Assembly (NCBI GenBank): GCA_038131245.1 | Contig: JAYPPA010000004.1 | Location: forward strand, 14,038-78,037 | Direction: 5' to 3' | Length of the DNA stretch: 64,000 nucleotides | Origin: Rickettsia sp. | Lineage (GTDB): Bacteria > Pseudomonadota > Alphaproteobacteria > Rickettsiales > UBA1997 | Shown: positions 17,954 through 26,691 of the stretch, one piece after another | How the letters are laid out: each line of letters begins with the position of its first letter | How positions within the stretch are numbered: the stretch's first letter is position 1 | The notes under the pieces: model-generated | The model's database searches: none | The model's input: only the letters and a program-made list of their open reading frames with translations | What the model was told of the DNA's origin: nothing | Program-made: the position numbers and the translations under genes

Positions 17954-18985
17954 ATGAGACCATCAATGTGGAAAGGTTTGGCAGGGGCGGCTGTGGGTTA
18001 TGGCGCCACCAGAAGAGAGCAGATGCAAGATTCTTTTGGTCGCGTGGCAAAAAGGTTTCCTCGTCGTGCTCATAGTGAATCTGGTTTAGGAAAATTTCCG
18101 TTGATGTTTATATTGGAGTCCCATGATTATTCTGTTGGATCTTTGATTGCTGGTGCTTTGCCGTATTTTCGTTATATGGGGGCGGGACATGTTTTTTTTG
18201 AATATAGTAGTGCACAAACCCCTTTCGAGAAGTTACATGGATATGTAGATGAGATGGATGATAATTTTAGAAAAATGAAAGAGTTATTTCCAGAGGCTTT
18301 TTACGCTATACAGGCTAGGGCTAATATTAAAAATCCGGGATCATGTTCTTTTACTCAAGAGGGTTTTTTGAAGGCTATTAAAGCTATTGGGCCAGAAGGG
18401 ATTAAAGATGTATTTCATACATTACATAAAAATGAATTTAATGAGGAACCTGAAGAGGTTGCAATTAATAATCTCACCTCTATAACATATGCTTTGTCTA
18501 ATACATCTCAATGTGAATTATTGAGTAAATCCTTAAGTCTTTTTGGTGAGAGAGGTGTACATAATGTTGATATAGAAGATCTCAAGATTAGTGCTGATAG
18601 TTCTAGGGATCCCGAGGCGGCATTAAAAAGAAATTCAGTAATTTTAGGTAATATTTTATCCATAGCGGATGGCGGAATTTATTATGGAGGGGTGGCTCAT
18701 CATGGTTGGGCTCAGGTTGGTATTGCAAATATACTTGATGCCAATTATGGAAAAGTTCAGGGCGTTCCAGATCCTAAAGATGTAGTATTTATTTACGCTA
18801 AGAATTTGCCCGATCATTTAGATGGGCCAGATTTTCGAAGAGGAGGGCCAGAGCGATATCCTCTTTATGTTATTGATGTTAAGGGCATGAGTCCTAAAGA
18901 ATTTGCACTAAAATGCCAAGAGGCGATTTTTGAGAATAGAAAACATATAAAAGAGCTGGAAAAGGGAAGGGGCGGTGGTCGTTGA
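17954..18985 (+). CDS. hypothetical protein (343 aa), no recognisable domain
   Basis: Long ORF with coding-like composition, no signal peptide or TM, Gly/Arg-rich ends. Confidence 0.45.
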   Translation: MRPSMWKGLAGAAVGYGATRREQMQDSFGRVAKRFPRRAHSESGLGKFPLMFILESHDYSVGSLIAGALPYFRYMGAGHVFFEYSSAQTPFEKLHGYVDEMDDNFRKMKELFPEAFYAIQARANIKNPGSCSFTQEGFLKAIKAIGPEGIKDVFHTLHKNEFNEEPEEVAINNLTSITYALSNTSQCELLSKSLSLFGERGVHNVDIEDLKISADSSRDPEAALKRNSVILGNILSIADGGIYYGGVAHHGWAQVGIANILDANYGKVQGVPDPKDVVFIYAKNLPDHLDGPDFRRGGPERYPLYVIDVKGMSPKEFALKCQEAIFENRKHIKELEKGRGGGR

Positions 18986-19030
18986 TAATCCAACTTTCCT
19001 TTTAGGATCTTTAGCGAGTATTGCTTAGCG

Positions 19031-19049
19031 ATAACTGTGTGGTAGTTAT
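19031..19049. terminator. weak hairpin + T-tract after the 343-aa gene, overlapping the nagZ stop
   Basis: ATAACTgtgtggtAGTTATttttc: 6-bp AT-rich stem followed by T5. Confidence 0.3.
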
Positions 19050-20152
19050 TTTTCTAGTAATCCTAGTTTTTTGATTTTGTTGTTGAATTTGATGAGGATT
19101 TTTTTATCGATATTGTTGACGACATTTGTTGCCATGTGATAACTTATATAATTTGGTATGATGATGTCGATTCCTGCTTCTAGTGTTTTGATTCCGATAT
19201 TTTCTATTTTATTAACTGCTTTCATGTTGAGAGCGTCAGAGATGAGGATTCCTTTGAAGCCGATGGTGTTTTTTATGATGTCGATGGTTTTTTTGGACAG
19301 GGTTGCTGGTTTGTTGTCGATTGCGCTATAGGTGGCGTGCCCAACCATTGCAAAGTCAGCTTCCGTGCTTAATTCTTTAAATACGGCAAAGTCGGTTTTT
19401 TCTAAGATGCTGAGTTTTGCGTCAATTATCACCTTTTGGTTGTCATGAGTGTCGCTATAGGACCTTCCTAATCCAGGGATGTGTTTGATGGTGGTCATTA
19501 TTTGATGGGCTTTCATGCCTTTTATGAATGTTTTGGCGAGTTCGATTACTATTTTTTGGTCGCGGCTGTAGGAGCGTTTATTGGTAGCACTCCAGGAGTT
19601 GTCGACTTTTTTACCGTCGGATTTTTTGTGAATTAAGTCGACCATTGGTGCAAAATTTATGTCGATATTTAGGTCTTTCATGGTTTTAGCAGTTTTTTTG
19701 CTATCTTGATAGAGTATTTTTTTGGCTTTTTCTAGATTTTTTTCAGCGATTTTGCCGTAATAGCGTGGTTGCTTTAGGTACCGGTCTTGCATTACTTGCT
19801 CTATTCGGTCTATTTTACCGCCTTCTTGGTCGATGGCGATGTAGAGTTTGCGGTTTGGGAAGATGTTTTTTAGGTCTGTTGTGAGCTTTTTTACTTGTTC
19901 GTAAGATTTGAAGTTGAGTTTGTAGAGCATTACTCCGATTGGATTTATTTGCTTTACTATAGCTTTTTCTTCTTCGGTGACTTCAGCTCCTAGGACGTTT
20001 AGGAAAATTGGCGTTATGAGACGCTGTTTTTTTATAGTGTAATGCTTGAAATGTTTGTAATTCAATTGATAATAAACAAGGGTAGTGGCTATTGTTAGGC
20101 ATAATGATAGGTAGAAAACAAAAAGGATGTTTTTTAGGGTAGCCTTGTTCAT
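19046..20152 (-). CDS. nagZ: beta-N-acetylhexosaminidase (GH3, NagZ-like) with N-terminal membrane anchor
   Basis: 368 aa. 'IAIDQEGGKIDRI', 'KHIPGLGRSYSDTHD' and 'GILISDALNMKA' are GH3 NagZ motifs. Confidence 0.8.
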   Translation of the reverse strand: MNKATLKNILFVFYLSLCLTIATTLVYYQLNYKHFKHYTIKKQRLITPIFLNVLGAEVTEEEKAIVKQINPIGVMLYKLNFKSYEQVKKLTTDLKNIFPNRKLYIAIDQEGGKIDRIEQVMQDRYLKQPRYYGKIAEKNLEKAKKILYQDSKKTAKTMKDLNIDINFAPMVDLIHKKSDGKKVDNSWSATNKRSYSRDQKIVIELAKTFIKGMKAHQIMTTIKHIPGLGRSYSDTHDNQKVIIDAKLSILEKTDFAVFKELSTEADFAMVGHATYSAIDNKPATLSKKTIDIIKNTIGFKGILISDALNMKAVNKIENIGIKTLEAGIDIIIPNYISYHMATNVVNNIDKKILIKFNNKIKKLGLLEK

Positions 20153-20206
20153 TCTTACATTTTAAGTGAAGTTGTTTTTAAGTCAAGCGTGATTTGAGAA
20201 TTTATT

Positions 20207-21478
20207 TTAAATCACAAAAAGCTTAACATAAAAAAACCACCCTAAAAATCCAACTAAAAATGCTAGGCCAAGCCAGCTTAAGGTTTTCATAAAAAGATTT
20301 GGCCTAAACTCTTTTGGCATTAGGTTGCTGGTGACGACTTTATAGTTAACAAATGCGTAGATTGGGGCTGAGATGAAAGCTATACTTGCGGCGAAGTCAA
20401 GGATTTGCTTGAAGTTGTCGAATAAGAATATTAGAGCCAGAGTCGCCAAAATACTGTAAGCGGCCATGAGAGAGCTGTGGATTAAGCGACGCTTGTCGGT
20501 TCTTGCGGCTGTCTCTTTGGCTTTTTCTTTATCGCCCTTGATGATTAAAAAACTTTCCGTTAAGACTCTGGGGTAGCTGTCGACGATGGCTAAAACGGTT
20601 GAGAACATTGCTGCGAGGATTGAGATTCCGACGATTGGTGCTGCCCAAGTACCAATTGATGCGGTATAAGAGTCGATTAAGAGCCTTGCAAAGTCGGCTG
20701 AGTCGTTTGGTACTTCTAGACTTGAGTTGTTGATCATTAAAGCGCCGATGCTTAAAAATAAAACCGCAGTTATGGCCATGATGGCATAGCCAATATTGAA
20801 GTCGAAGGTTGCTTGCTTGAAATTTAACTTGTCTTTTGTGCGGTTTCTTGCTTTTAACCATAAAGAGTGCCATACTGAAAGTTCGATTGGGCCAGGCATA
20901 AAGCCCATTAGGGCGATTAGGAATGGGATGTGGCGGCTTTCAAATGGTGAATAGTCGCTGTAGAAAATTTCCGATTGAGGAAGTGGTGCATAATTTATTG
21001 CTGCGAGAATTACTGCAAAAAAAGTTGTGAAGCTTAAAAGTGCGACGAAGATTTTCATGGCCGAATCTAGTAATTTATAGTGGCCGATGCTGATTATTAT
21101 TGTGCAAAATCCTAATAGAAGGGCTGTGATTGTGGTGATGCTTAGCGGTATATCTAGTAAAACCTTGATAATCCCAGCGCAAATAAAGCCGCCAGCTGCG
21201 AAGGTGAATGTTGCGACGCACATTGTAAGTGCGGTAATTAGGTAGAAGACTGGTTTGCTATAGCGCCAATAGCCAACCAGGAAATTTTCGCCGGTGGCGC
21301 TTGTGTATCTGTTGCCAAATTCGATGAATGGGTATTTTGCTGCGTGGGCTATTAGGATTAGCCATAGCAAGTCAAAGCCGAAGTAGCTGCCGGCGCGTGT
21401 TGCTTGGGCAAAATGCGAGATGCCAATTGCTGCGCAGGCTGTGACTATGCCTGGACCTAAATTTTTTATAAAAGTCAT
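20207..21478 (-). CDS. NRAMP-family divalent metal transporter-like membrane protein
   Basis: 423 aa, about 11 TM. 'GPGIVTACAAIGISHFAQATRAGSYFGFDLLW' resembles the Nramp N-terminal motif. Confidence 0.65.
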   Translation of the reverse strand: MTFIKNLGPGIVTACAAIGISHFAQATRAGSYFGFDLLWLILIAHAAKYPFIEFGNRYTSATGENFLVGYWRYSKPVFYLITALTMCVATFTFAAGGFICAGIIKVLLDIPLSITTITALLLGFCTIIISIGHYKLLDSAMKIFVALLSFTTFFAVILAAINYAPLPQSEIFYSDYSPFESRHIPFLIALMGFMPGPIELSVWHSLWLKARNRTKDKLNFKQATFDFNIGYAIMAITAVLFLSIGALMINNSSLEVPNDSADFARLLIDSYTASIGTWAAPIVGISILAAMFSTVLAIVDSYPRVLTESFLIIKGDKEKAKETAARTDKRRLIHSSLMAAYSILATLALIFLFDNFKQILDFAASIAFISAPIYAFVNYKVVTSNLMPKEFRPNLFMKTLSWLGLAFLVGFLGWFFYVKLFVI

Positions 21479-21565
21479 AGAATTTTTTTGTACTTATGTT
21501 TAAAATTAAAAATATAAGTATTACTTATATTTATTTTAAGTGCAAGTTAATTGATTTATTTTTAC

Positions 21566-21594
21566 TTGATTTGCTAAAGTCGATGGTTTAAAAT
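21566..21594 (+). promoter_or_regulatory. sigma70-type promoter candidate (TTGATT-17-TAAAAT) for the MscS-family gene
   Basis: -35 = 21566-21571, -10 = 21589-21594. Confidence 0.45.
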
Positions 21595-21620
21595 GGGTAT
21601 TATTAATCAATTTGATTGCA

Positions 21621-22580
21621 ATGAAGGTATTGGCTTATTTAATAAAACCCAAAGGTTGGTTTATTAATTTGTTTATAGTGACTTTAGTCCTGGCCGTGTC
21701 GTTGCTTGGGTATTTTGGTTATTTACAACCAACTATTGATTTTCTAGATTCAGATCAGATGTCTTTTTCTTTGGGATCTTTTAACATTTCTTTTTATGAG
21801 ATGCTAAAGAGGCTTACATTTCTTGTGATATTGATAGGGGTTGCTAATTTAATAGTTGAAAAAGGCAGGAATTATTTTAAGGGGTTAAGGAAGATTAGGC
21901 TGAGCAACAGGGCGTTGGTGATAAATTTCTATCAGATATTTATTTATTTTATTACATTTATGATCGGGCTTAATATTTTAAATATTGAGCTGTCAAGCTT
22001 GGCATTTTTTGGAGGGGCTCTTGGTATTGGTATTGGTTTTGGCTTACAAAAAATTACATCCAACTTTATTAGTGGCCTAATTTTGTTGTTTGAAAAATCT
22101 ATAGAAGAAGGTGACCTGGTGGAGCTTGATAACGGGGTTTACGGCTTTGTTAAAAATACTGGCGCTAGATATACTTTGATTGAAACATTTGATAGCAAGG
22201 AAATAATGATACCAAATGAGGAATTCATTACTAAAAATGTTGTTAATTGGACATATTCAAATAAGCAGGGCAGGGTTGATGTTCAAATAGGTGTTTCTTA
22301 TAAATGCGATATTGAAAAGGCTAGGGAGTTAATTTTAGAAGCAGCAATAGAGCATGAAAAATGCAGTAAAGATCCTGAGCCAAAGTGTTTTTTGAGAGAA
22401 TATGGTGATAGTTCAGTGAATTTCTTACTACATTTTTGGGTGGATGATGTTACTTTTGGTAGATTTGAGCCGCAAAGTGATGTGATGAGGGCGATTTGGC
22501 GGAAATTCAAAGAAAATGATATCGAGATACCATTTCCGCAAAGAGATATTCATATTGTTAGTGATAAGACTGCTCATTGA
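21621..22580 (+). CDS. small-conductance mechanosensitive channel (MscS family)
   Basis: Three N-terminal TM helices. The pore helix is 'FFGGALGIGIGFGLQKITSNFISGLILLFEKSIEEGDLV'. The beta-domain has 'IPNEEFITKNVVNW'. The track start at 21612 is TTG; ATG 21621 is preferred. Confidence 0.85.
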   Translation: MKVLAYLIKPKGWFINLFIVTLVLAVSLLGYFGYLQPTIDFLDSDQMSFSLGSFNISFYEMLKRLTFLVILIGVANLIVEKGRNYFKGLRKIRLSNRALVINFYQIFIYFITFMIGLNILNIELSSLAFFGGALGIGIGFGLQKITSNFISGLILLFEKSIEEGDLVELDNGVYGFVKNTGARYTLIETFDSKEIMIPNEEFITKNVVNWTYSNKQGRVDVQIGVSYKCDIEKARELILEAAIEHEKCSKDPEPKCFLREYGDSSVNFLLHFWVDDVTFGRFEPQSDVMRAIWRKFKENDIEIPFPQRDIHIVSDKTAH

Positions 22581-22659
22581 AGTAAGGCTTGAGAGGGTTC
22601 TTTAAGGTTAGAGGTAAAGGCGCCCTCTTCCTTTTGCGAATTTGATTAAAACAAACATC

Positions 22660-22688
22660 TTGACTTTTTTGTGTAAATGAATTATAAT
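22660..22688 (+). promoter_or_regulatory. sigma70-type promoter candidate (TTGACT-17-TATAAT) for tRNA-Gln
   Basis: -35 = 22660-22665, -10 = 22683-22688, 23 nt upstream of the tRNA 5' end. Confidence 0.6.
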
Positions 22689-22711
22689 GTTGATTCTATT
22701 CTTTTCTTTGT

Positions 22712-22786
22712 TGGGGCGTAGCCAAGCGGTAAGGCACCGGTTTTTGGTACCGGCATGCGTAGGTTCGAATCCTTCCGCCCCAGCCA
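22712..22786 (+). tRNA. tRNA-Gln (anticodon UUG), CCA encoded
   Basis: Hand-folded cloverleaf. Acceptor TGGGGCG/CGCCCCA, 3-bp D stem GCC/GGC, anticodon stem CCGGT/ACCGG with loop TTTTGGT, T-loop TTCGAAT. Closely resembles the E. coli tRNA-Gln(UUG) layout. Confidence 0.85.
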
Positions 22787-22980
22787 TCCGCTTTCGCTAA
22801 CGCTACAGCGCGATTTATCCGCAAAATCATATCTTAAGCTAAATTTTGGAAGGTTCGGACCTTAGGTTCGCAAACATTTCTAGATTTTCTTAATGAATGA
22901 AATGAATTTAGAAAATCCTTAAATGTTTCAAGTGAGCAACGCGAACGCCATCCAACGTCTAATTGACAAAAAACTACCTA

Positions 22981-23286
22981 TTATATTAAATGCTCTTTTA
23001 CTATTAAGGCGACATTGCTAGCATTTATTCCCTTGTTTTTGCAGTAGTTACTACTAAGCCAATCTTTAAGAATTTTTGACCCCTTGCTTGAATTGCAAGA
23101 GTGGCAACAAAGTGCAATATTTTCAACTCCATTTATCTTAATATTGTTAATTATATGCTCCCAACTTGGACTTAATTTTTTTGATTCATTAGATTTTGCA
23201 AATTCGATACCACAATAAACACAACTTAGATCTCGCTGCCTAACAAATTCTTCAACTTCTTTTGAAATTCCCCATTTATTAGACAT
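22981..23286 (-). CDS. small HNH endonuclease
   Basis: 101 aa. 'CVYCG..(22 aa)..WEHIINN..(14 aa)..CCHSCNSSKG' gives the Cys-box/His-Asn-His (HNH) pattern. Confidence 0.7.
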   Translation of the reverse strand: MSNKWGISKEVEEFVRQRDLSCVYCGIEFAKSNESKKLSPSWEHIINNIKINGVENIALCCHSCNSSKGSKILKDWLSSNYCKNKGINASNVALIVKEHLI

Positions 23287-23304
23287 ATTTAAATATAAAA
23301 TTTG

Positions 23305-24129
23305 TTAAATTTGTCTAAATTTCTCATCTAGAGTTTTTCCATTTTTATCTTTCCACGACGTCCAGCCGTTACTTCTCATTCCAAGACAGAATGTTGATGC
23401 TGAAGAAGGGCTTTTAAAAATTATATTTTTTTCAACAATGAATAAATCCTCGCTTTCTTTGCAAAATTTCTCAAAGTAGAAACTTCTATTCATTGCGGCA
23501 CTTCCTTTAAAAACAAATGAATTTGTTGTTTTTTTACAAATTTTTGATCCCGACAAAACGGTAAATCCATTTTCATCATAAAATCCCTTAGCATCAGTTC
23601 CTTTACCACTTTTGCAATAAAATAAGTGCCTTGTCTTTTCTTCTATTGTTTCAAAAAGCTTATATCCCAGGAAAGAGCTTAACAACTTTACATCTTCAAA
23701 AAATTCATGAACAGAGTCTTGTTGATGCTCTTGTAAATTAGGAATTTTAGGACTCTGCTTATTTTCTTCAAGGCTAAATCGATCAGCTTTTTCGATCTGA
23801 TTAATTGCCAAAAATTCTAGATATTGAACATCAGCTTTAGTCAAATAGTTATCTTTAGCGCTAAATGCTATTGCCTCATTCCAAAACTCCTTTTTTAAAT
23901 CATGATCCTTAACTCGTTCAATAAAGTTTTCCGTTTCACCAACATATGCCTTATTTTCTTCTCCAATTAATATATAAATAGATGGGCGACTTAACTCTTC
24001 TCGATTCTTTGCTTCACTTAGCTTAGCTCTTGGAATATAAAGAGCGTTGCAAATTTTATTTGAAATAAATACAGACTTTAATCCAGTTGAGCTACCTTCA
24101 ATTAGGTAAGTTGTAATTGTTTTTCCCAT
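23305..24129 (-). CDS. GIY-YIG nuclease-like protein with DUF4357-type C-terminal domain
   Basis: 274 aa. The N-terminal 'SIYILIGEENKAYVGETENFIERVKDH' is GIY-YIG-like. The C-terminal 'GFTVLSGS..FKSPSSASTFCLGMRSNGWTSWKDKNGKTLDE' matches my recollection of the DUF4357 pattern. Confidence 0.6.
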   Translation of the reverse strand: MGKTITTYLIEGSSTGLKSVFISNKICNALYIPRAKLSEAKNREELSRPSIYILIGEENKAYVGETENFIERVKDHDLKKEFWNEAIAFSAKDNYLTKADVQYLEFLAINQIEKADRFSLEENKQSPKIPNLQEHQQDSVHEFFEDVKLLSSFLGYKLFETIEEKTRHLFYCKSGKGTDAKGFYDENGFTVLSGSKICKKTTNSFVFKGSAAMNRSFYFEKFCKESEDLFIVEKNIIFKSPSSASTFCLGMRSNGWTSWKDKNGKTLDEKFRQI

Positions 24130-24275
24130 AATTCATATTTTATTACATTTTTAATGCCACCGTCCCATTCTATCCTAAAGCTTTCCAAAATTCCAGCTCT
24201 TTTATTATCCTTTAGGGCCCAGCAATTCACCTTAACTAAAAAACTACAAAAGGGCAAAATTTTGACTTTGCTTAT

Positions 24276-25685
24276 CTAGTGAAAGACATCTTCTTGACTA
24301 AAGGTTTCTGCTTGGTAGTCTGCGAGTGTTTTGTGGTAATCGATAAAGATAAGGATGTTTTGGATTTTTGCTTGCGCGGTTTGCTGCTCTCTTAAATTAA
24401 CGAAAAAGAAGTCTCCTGCGCCCTTTTTAAAGCGTTTTTCTTCAGTTTTTTCTAACTTTTTGAGTAAAATAATTTCCTGAGTAATATTTTCATGCATTTT
24501 TACAGTATTGTTGAGATTGTTTTTAATTTGCTGTAGGGTGACTTTGATATTATCTTGTAAGAGTCTTTCTTCGTACTTTACTTTGTCTATTTTTGCTCTG
24601 GATTTGGCGATCTCTCCTTTGGCCTGGCGTTGCTGTAGGGGTATTTCTAGCTGTAGTCCTATTTCGTTTTTTGTTTGTCCTTGCGCCGGGTTTTCGTTTG
24701 AAATGTCGTTGGATATGTTAAAATCGAGGTCTAATTTTGGCTTGTAGAGGTTTTTTGCCTGCCTGAGGTTGTTGAATTCTTTTTGTTTAGTGACCTTAAT
24801 TATGTTGATATCGGCTCTGTTTTGAAGGGCGTATAATGTTTTTTGCTCTAGGTTTTCGGGGTTTATTTGTCGAAGTTTTTGGTCTGTGTTTATTTTGGGC
24901 AGTTGATTGGTTTGTGCGATTATTGGCTGAGCATTCTCGTCGCGGTAAAATAAGGAAAGATATAATGCAGAGTTTTTAAAGTCTTGCAGTGCTTTTAGCA
25001 TAAAATTTTTTCGCGATAGTAAGTTACGCTCATTTTCTATTAATGTAATTTGAGCTAAATCGCCCTTTTTTACTCTGATTTTGAGCTTTTCGTTTCTTTT
25101 TAAGGTAAGTTCATACAATTCCTTGTAAGTTTCGTAAATTTTGCCTGATGATATCCAATCGTAATATGCCTTAGTGGAGTCTCTTCTGATTTCATTTTTA
25201 ATATTATATAGCGCGTATTTACTTGCTTTTAAGTCTAGCTTTGCTAAGGCGAGGGTGAGGCGATTTTGGTCAAACATAGAATTTCTTAATAGAGAAAATC
25301 TTGCTCCGGCACGAAATTCTCCATCTCGATTGGTTTGCATTTGAGTTTCGTGATTTTCAAAAGATCCAAATGATTTTCGATAGCCGCCATATATTTCGCT
25401 GCCCAAAAATTGGTTGTTTTTGACTATTTGAGTATCAATTTGCTTTCCATCGTAAAAACCCCTTGATTTGTCAAAGACGCTTTGGCGCAGTCTGATATCA
25501 AAGAATCCTTGACTTGCTAATATCGAGCCTTTTGCTGCCTTGACTTCTTCGTAGAGCGACAGGATTTTTGGGTAATTTGTAGTGGCTGAGTTTGTGACTG
25601 TTTTTAGAGTTAGTGGTGTTGCATTGGAGGCTTGTAAGCTATTTGGGCATAAAATTATCGTGATTAGTAAAAAAAATCTTCTCAT
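24276..25685 (-). CDS. TolC-family outer-membrane channel
   Basis: 469 aa. Signal peptide MRRFFLLITIILCPNSLQA, two long coiled-coil/beta repeats, and operonic position after the HlyD and ABC genes (4-nt overlap). Confidence 0.75.
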   Translation of the reverse strand: MRRFFLLITIILCPNSLQASNATPLTLKTVTNSATTNYPKILSLYEEVKAAKGSILASQGFFDIRLRQSVFDKSRGFYDGKQIDTQIVKNNQFLGSEIYGGYRKSFGSFENHETQMQTNRDGEFRAGARFSLLRNSMFDQNRLTLALAKLDLKASKYALYNIKNEIRRDSTKAYYDWISSGKIYETYKELYELTLKRNEKLKIRVKKGDLAQITLIENERNLLSRKNFMLKALQDFKNSALYLSLFYRDENAQPIIAQTNQLPKINTDQKLRQINPENLEQKTLYALQNRADINIIKVTKQKEFNNLRQAKNLYKPKLDLDFNISNDISNENPAQGQTKNEIGLQLEIPLQQRQAKGEIAKSRAKIDKVKYEERLLQDNIKVTLQQIKNNLNNTVKMHENITQEIILLKKLEKTEEKRFKKGAGDFFFVNLREQQTAQAKIQNILIFIDYHKTLADYQAETFSQEDVFH

Positions 25686-26689
25686 TTTAACTGATCTTTT
25701 GTTTGCATTTCGTCAAATTCTGGAGGAAAATTATTAATTTGGCGCCATAATTCATATCCCAGGCTGACTTCGTTTAGCAAGACCCAGCCATATGCTTTTG
25801 CCATGTGTCTCAAGAATTTTTTGTTGGGCCATTCTTCATCTGGTGCTTTTGAAACTATGACACGGAACTTGCCATTTTGAGATGCTGCTGAGTCTATTGC
25901 TGTGACTACTCCGCCAAAAGTGCCGATTGCGACTTCGGGCCAGCCACTAAATTGGACTGCGGGCCATCCTTCGAATTGTAGCCTTACTTTACGACCTTTG
26001 TAAATTAATGGAATATCGTTGCCACTTATGTAAAGTTCTACCGCGGGTTCGTTAAGATCTGGGGCAAATGTTGCTATTTGATCTCCTTCTTTGACGATTG
26101 TGGAGTTATTTCCAGCCAATAATTTTAATATTGTGCCATCTTTTGGAGCGTAGATTGTCTGGCTTTTTTGACGAGAAAGCTTTATTTGTGCTTCTGTGGC
26201 TTCGGCATTTGCTGTTTCTAGGGCGCTGAGAAGTTTTTTATATTCTATCTTAGCTTTTTCAAACTCTTTTCGAGAAGATATGCCTTGTGAAAATAGATCT
26301 TTTTGGCGCTCGTAATTAATCTTAGCAGTATTGGCAGCAATTTGTGCGACTTCACTTTTGCGTTTTTTAGCGTCTAGTTGATCTTGAATTCTTTGAAGTA
26401 TTTGAGGGTCATTATCAACGATCTCGACTATTTTTTCTCCTTTTTTAATATGATTTCCGTCACGCACATACCACCTATCTATACGCCCCGAAACAGTAGC
26501 ATTGATTGATTGAGTTCTGTCATTTGGGTCGATTGCAATAATGTAACCAACTCCTTTGGAAGTTTGTTGCCAAGGGGTAATTATTAATATCGCTATGGTT
26601 GCAACCAGTATTGTTAATATTATTTTTGGTAATATTTTTACTGGATTTGGAACTTTAATACTGTTGAGTGTCTTAAATTCTTTTTCCAT
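25682..26689 (-). CDS. HlyD-family periplasmic adaptor (membrane fusion protein)
   Basis: 335 aa. N-terminal TM, lipoyl-like 'VSGRIDRWYVRDGNHIKKGEKIVEI', a coiled-coil hairpin, and beta-barrel 'IYAPKDGTILKL'. Confidence 0.8.
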   Translation of the reverse strand: MEKEFKTLNSIKVPNPVKILPKIILTILVATIAILIITPWQQTSKGVGYIIAIDPNDRTQSINATVSGRIDRWYVRDGNHIKKGEKIVEIVDNDPQILQRIQDQLDAKKRKSEVAQIAANTAKINYERQKDLFSQGISSRKEFEKAKIEYKKLLSALETANAEATEAQIKLSRQKSQTIYAPKDGTILKLLAGNNSTIVKEGDQIATFAPDLNEPAVELYISGNDIPLIYKGRKVRLQFEGWPAVQFSGWPEVAIGTFGGVVTAIDSAASQNGKFRVIVSKAPDEEWPNKKFLRHMAKAYGWVLLNEVSLGYELWRQINNFPPEFDEMQTKDQLK

Positions 26690-26691
26690 GG

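Noticed and set aside
22581-22640. Hairpin-like gagaggg...ccctctt after the MscS-family gene as an intrinsic terminator
   Set aside because: Six of the 7 stem positions pair (one mismatch), and the loop is ~26 nt with only a weak T-tract. The call is ambiguous by eye.
22843-22870. Two 'aggttcg' strings after tRNA-Gln that resemble its T-arm (taggttcgaat), as possible att-site remnants
   Set aside because: The match is only 7-8 nt and does not extend to the acceptor 3' half. This is too short to distinguish from chance.
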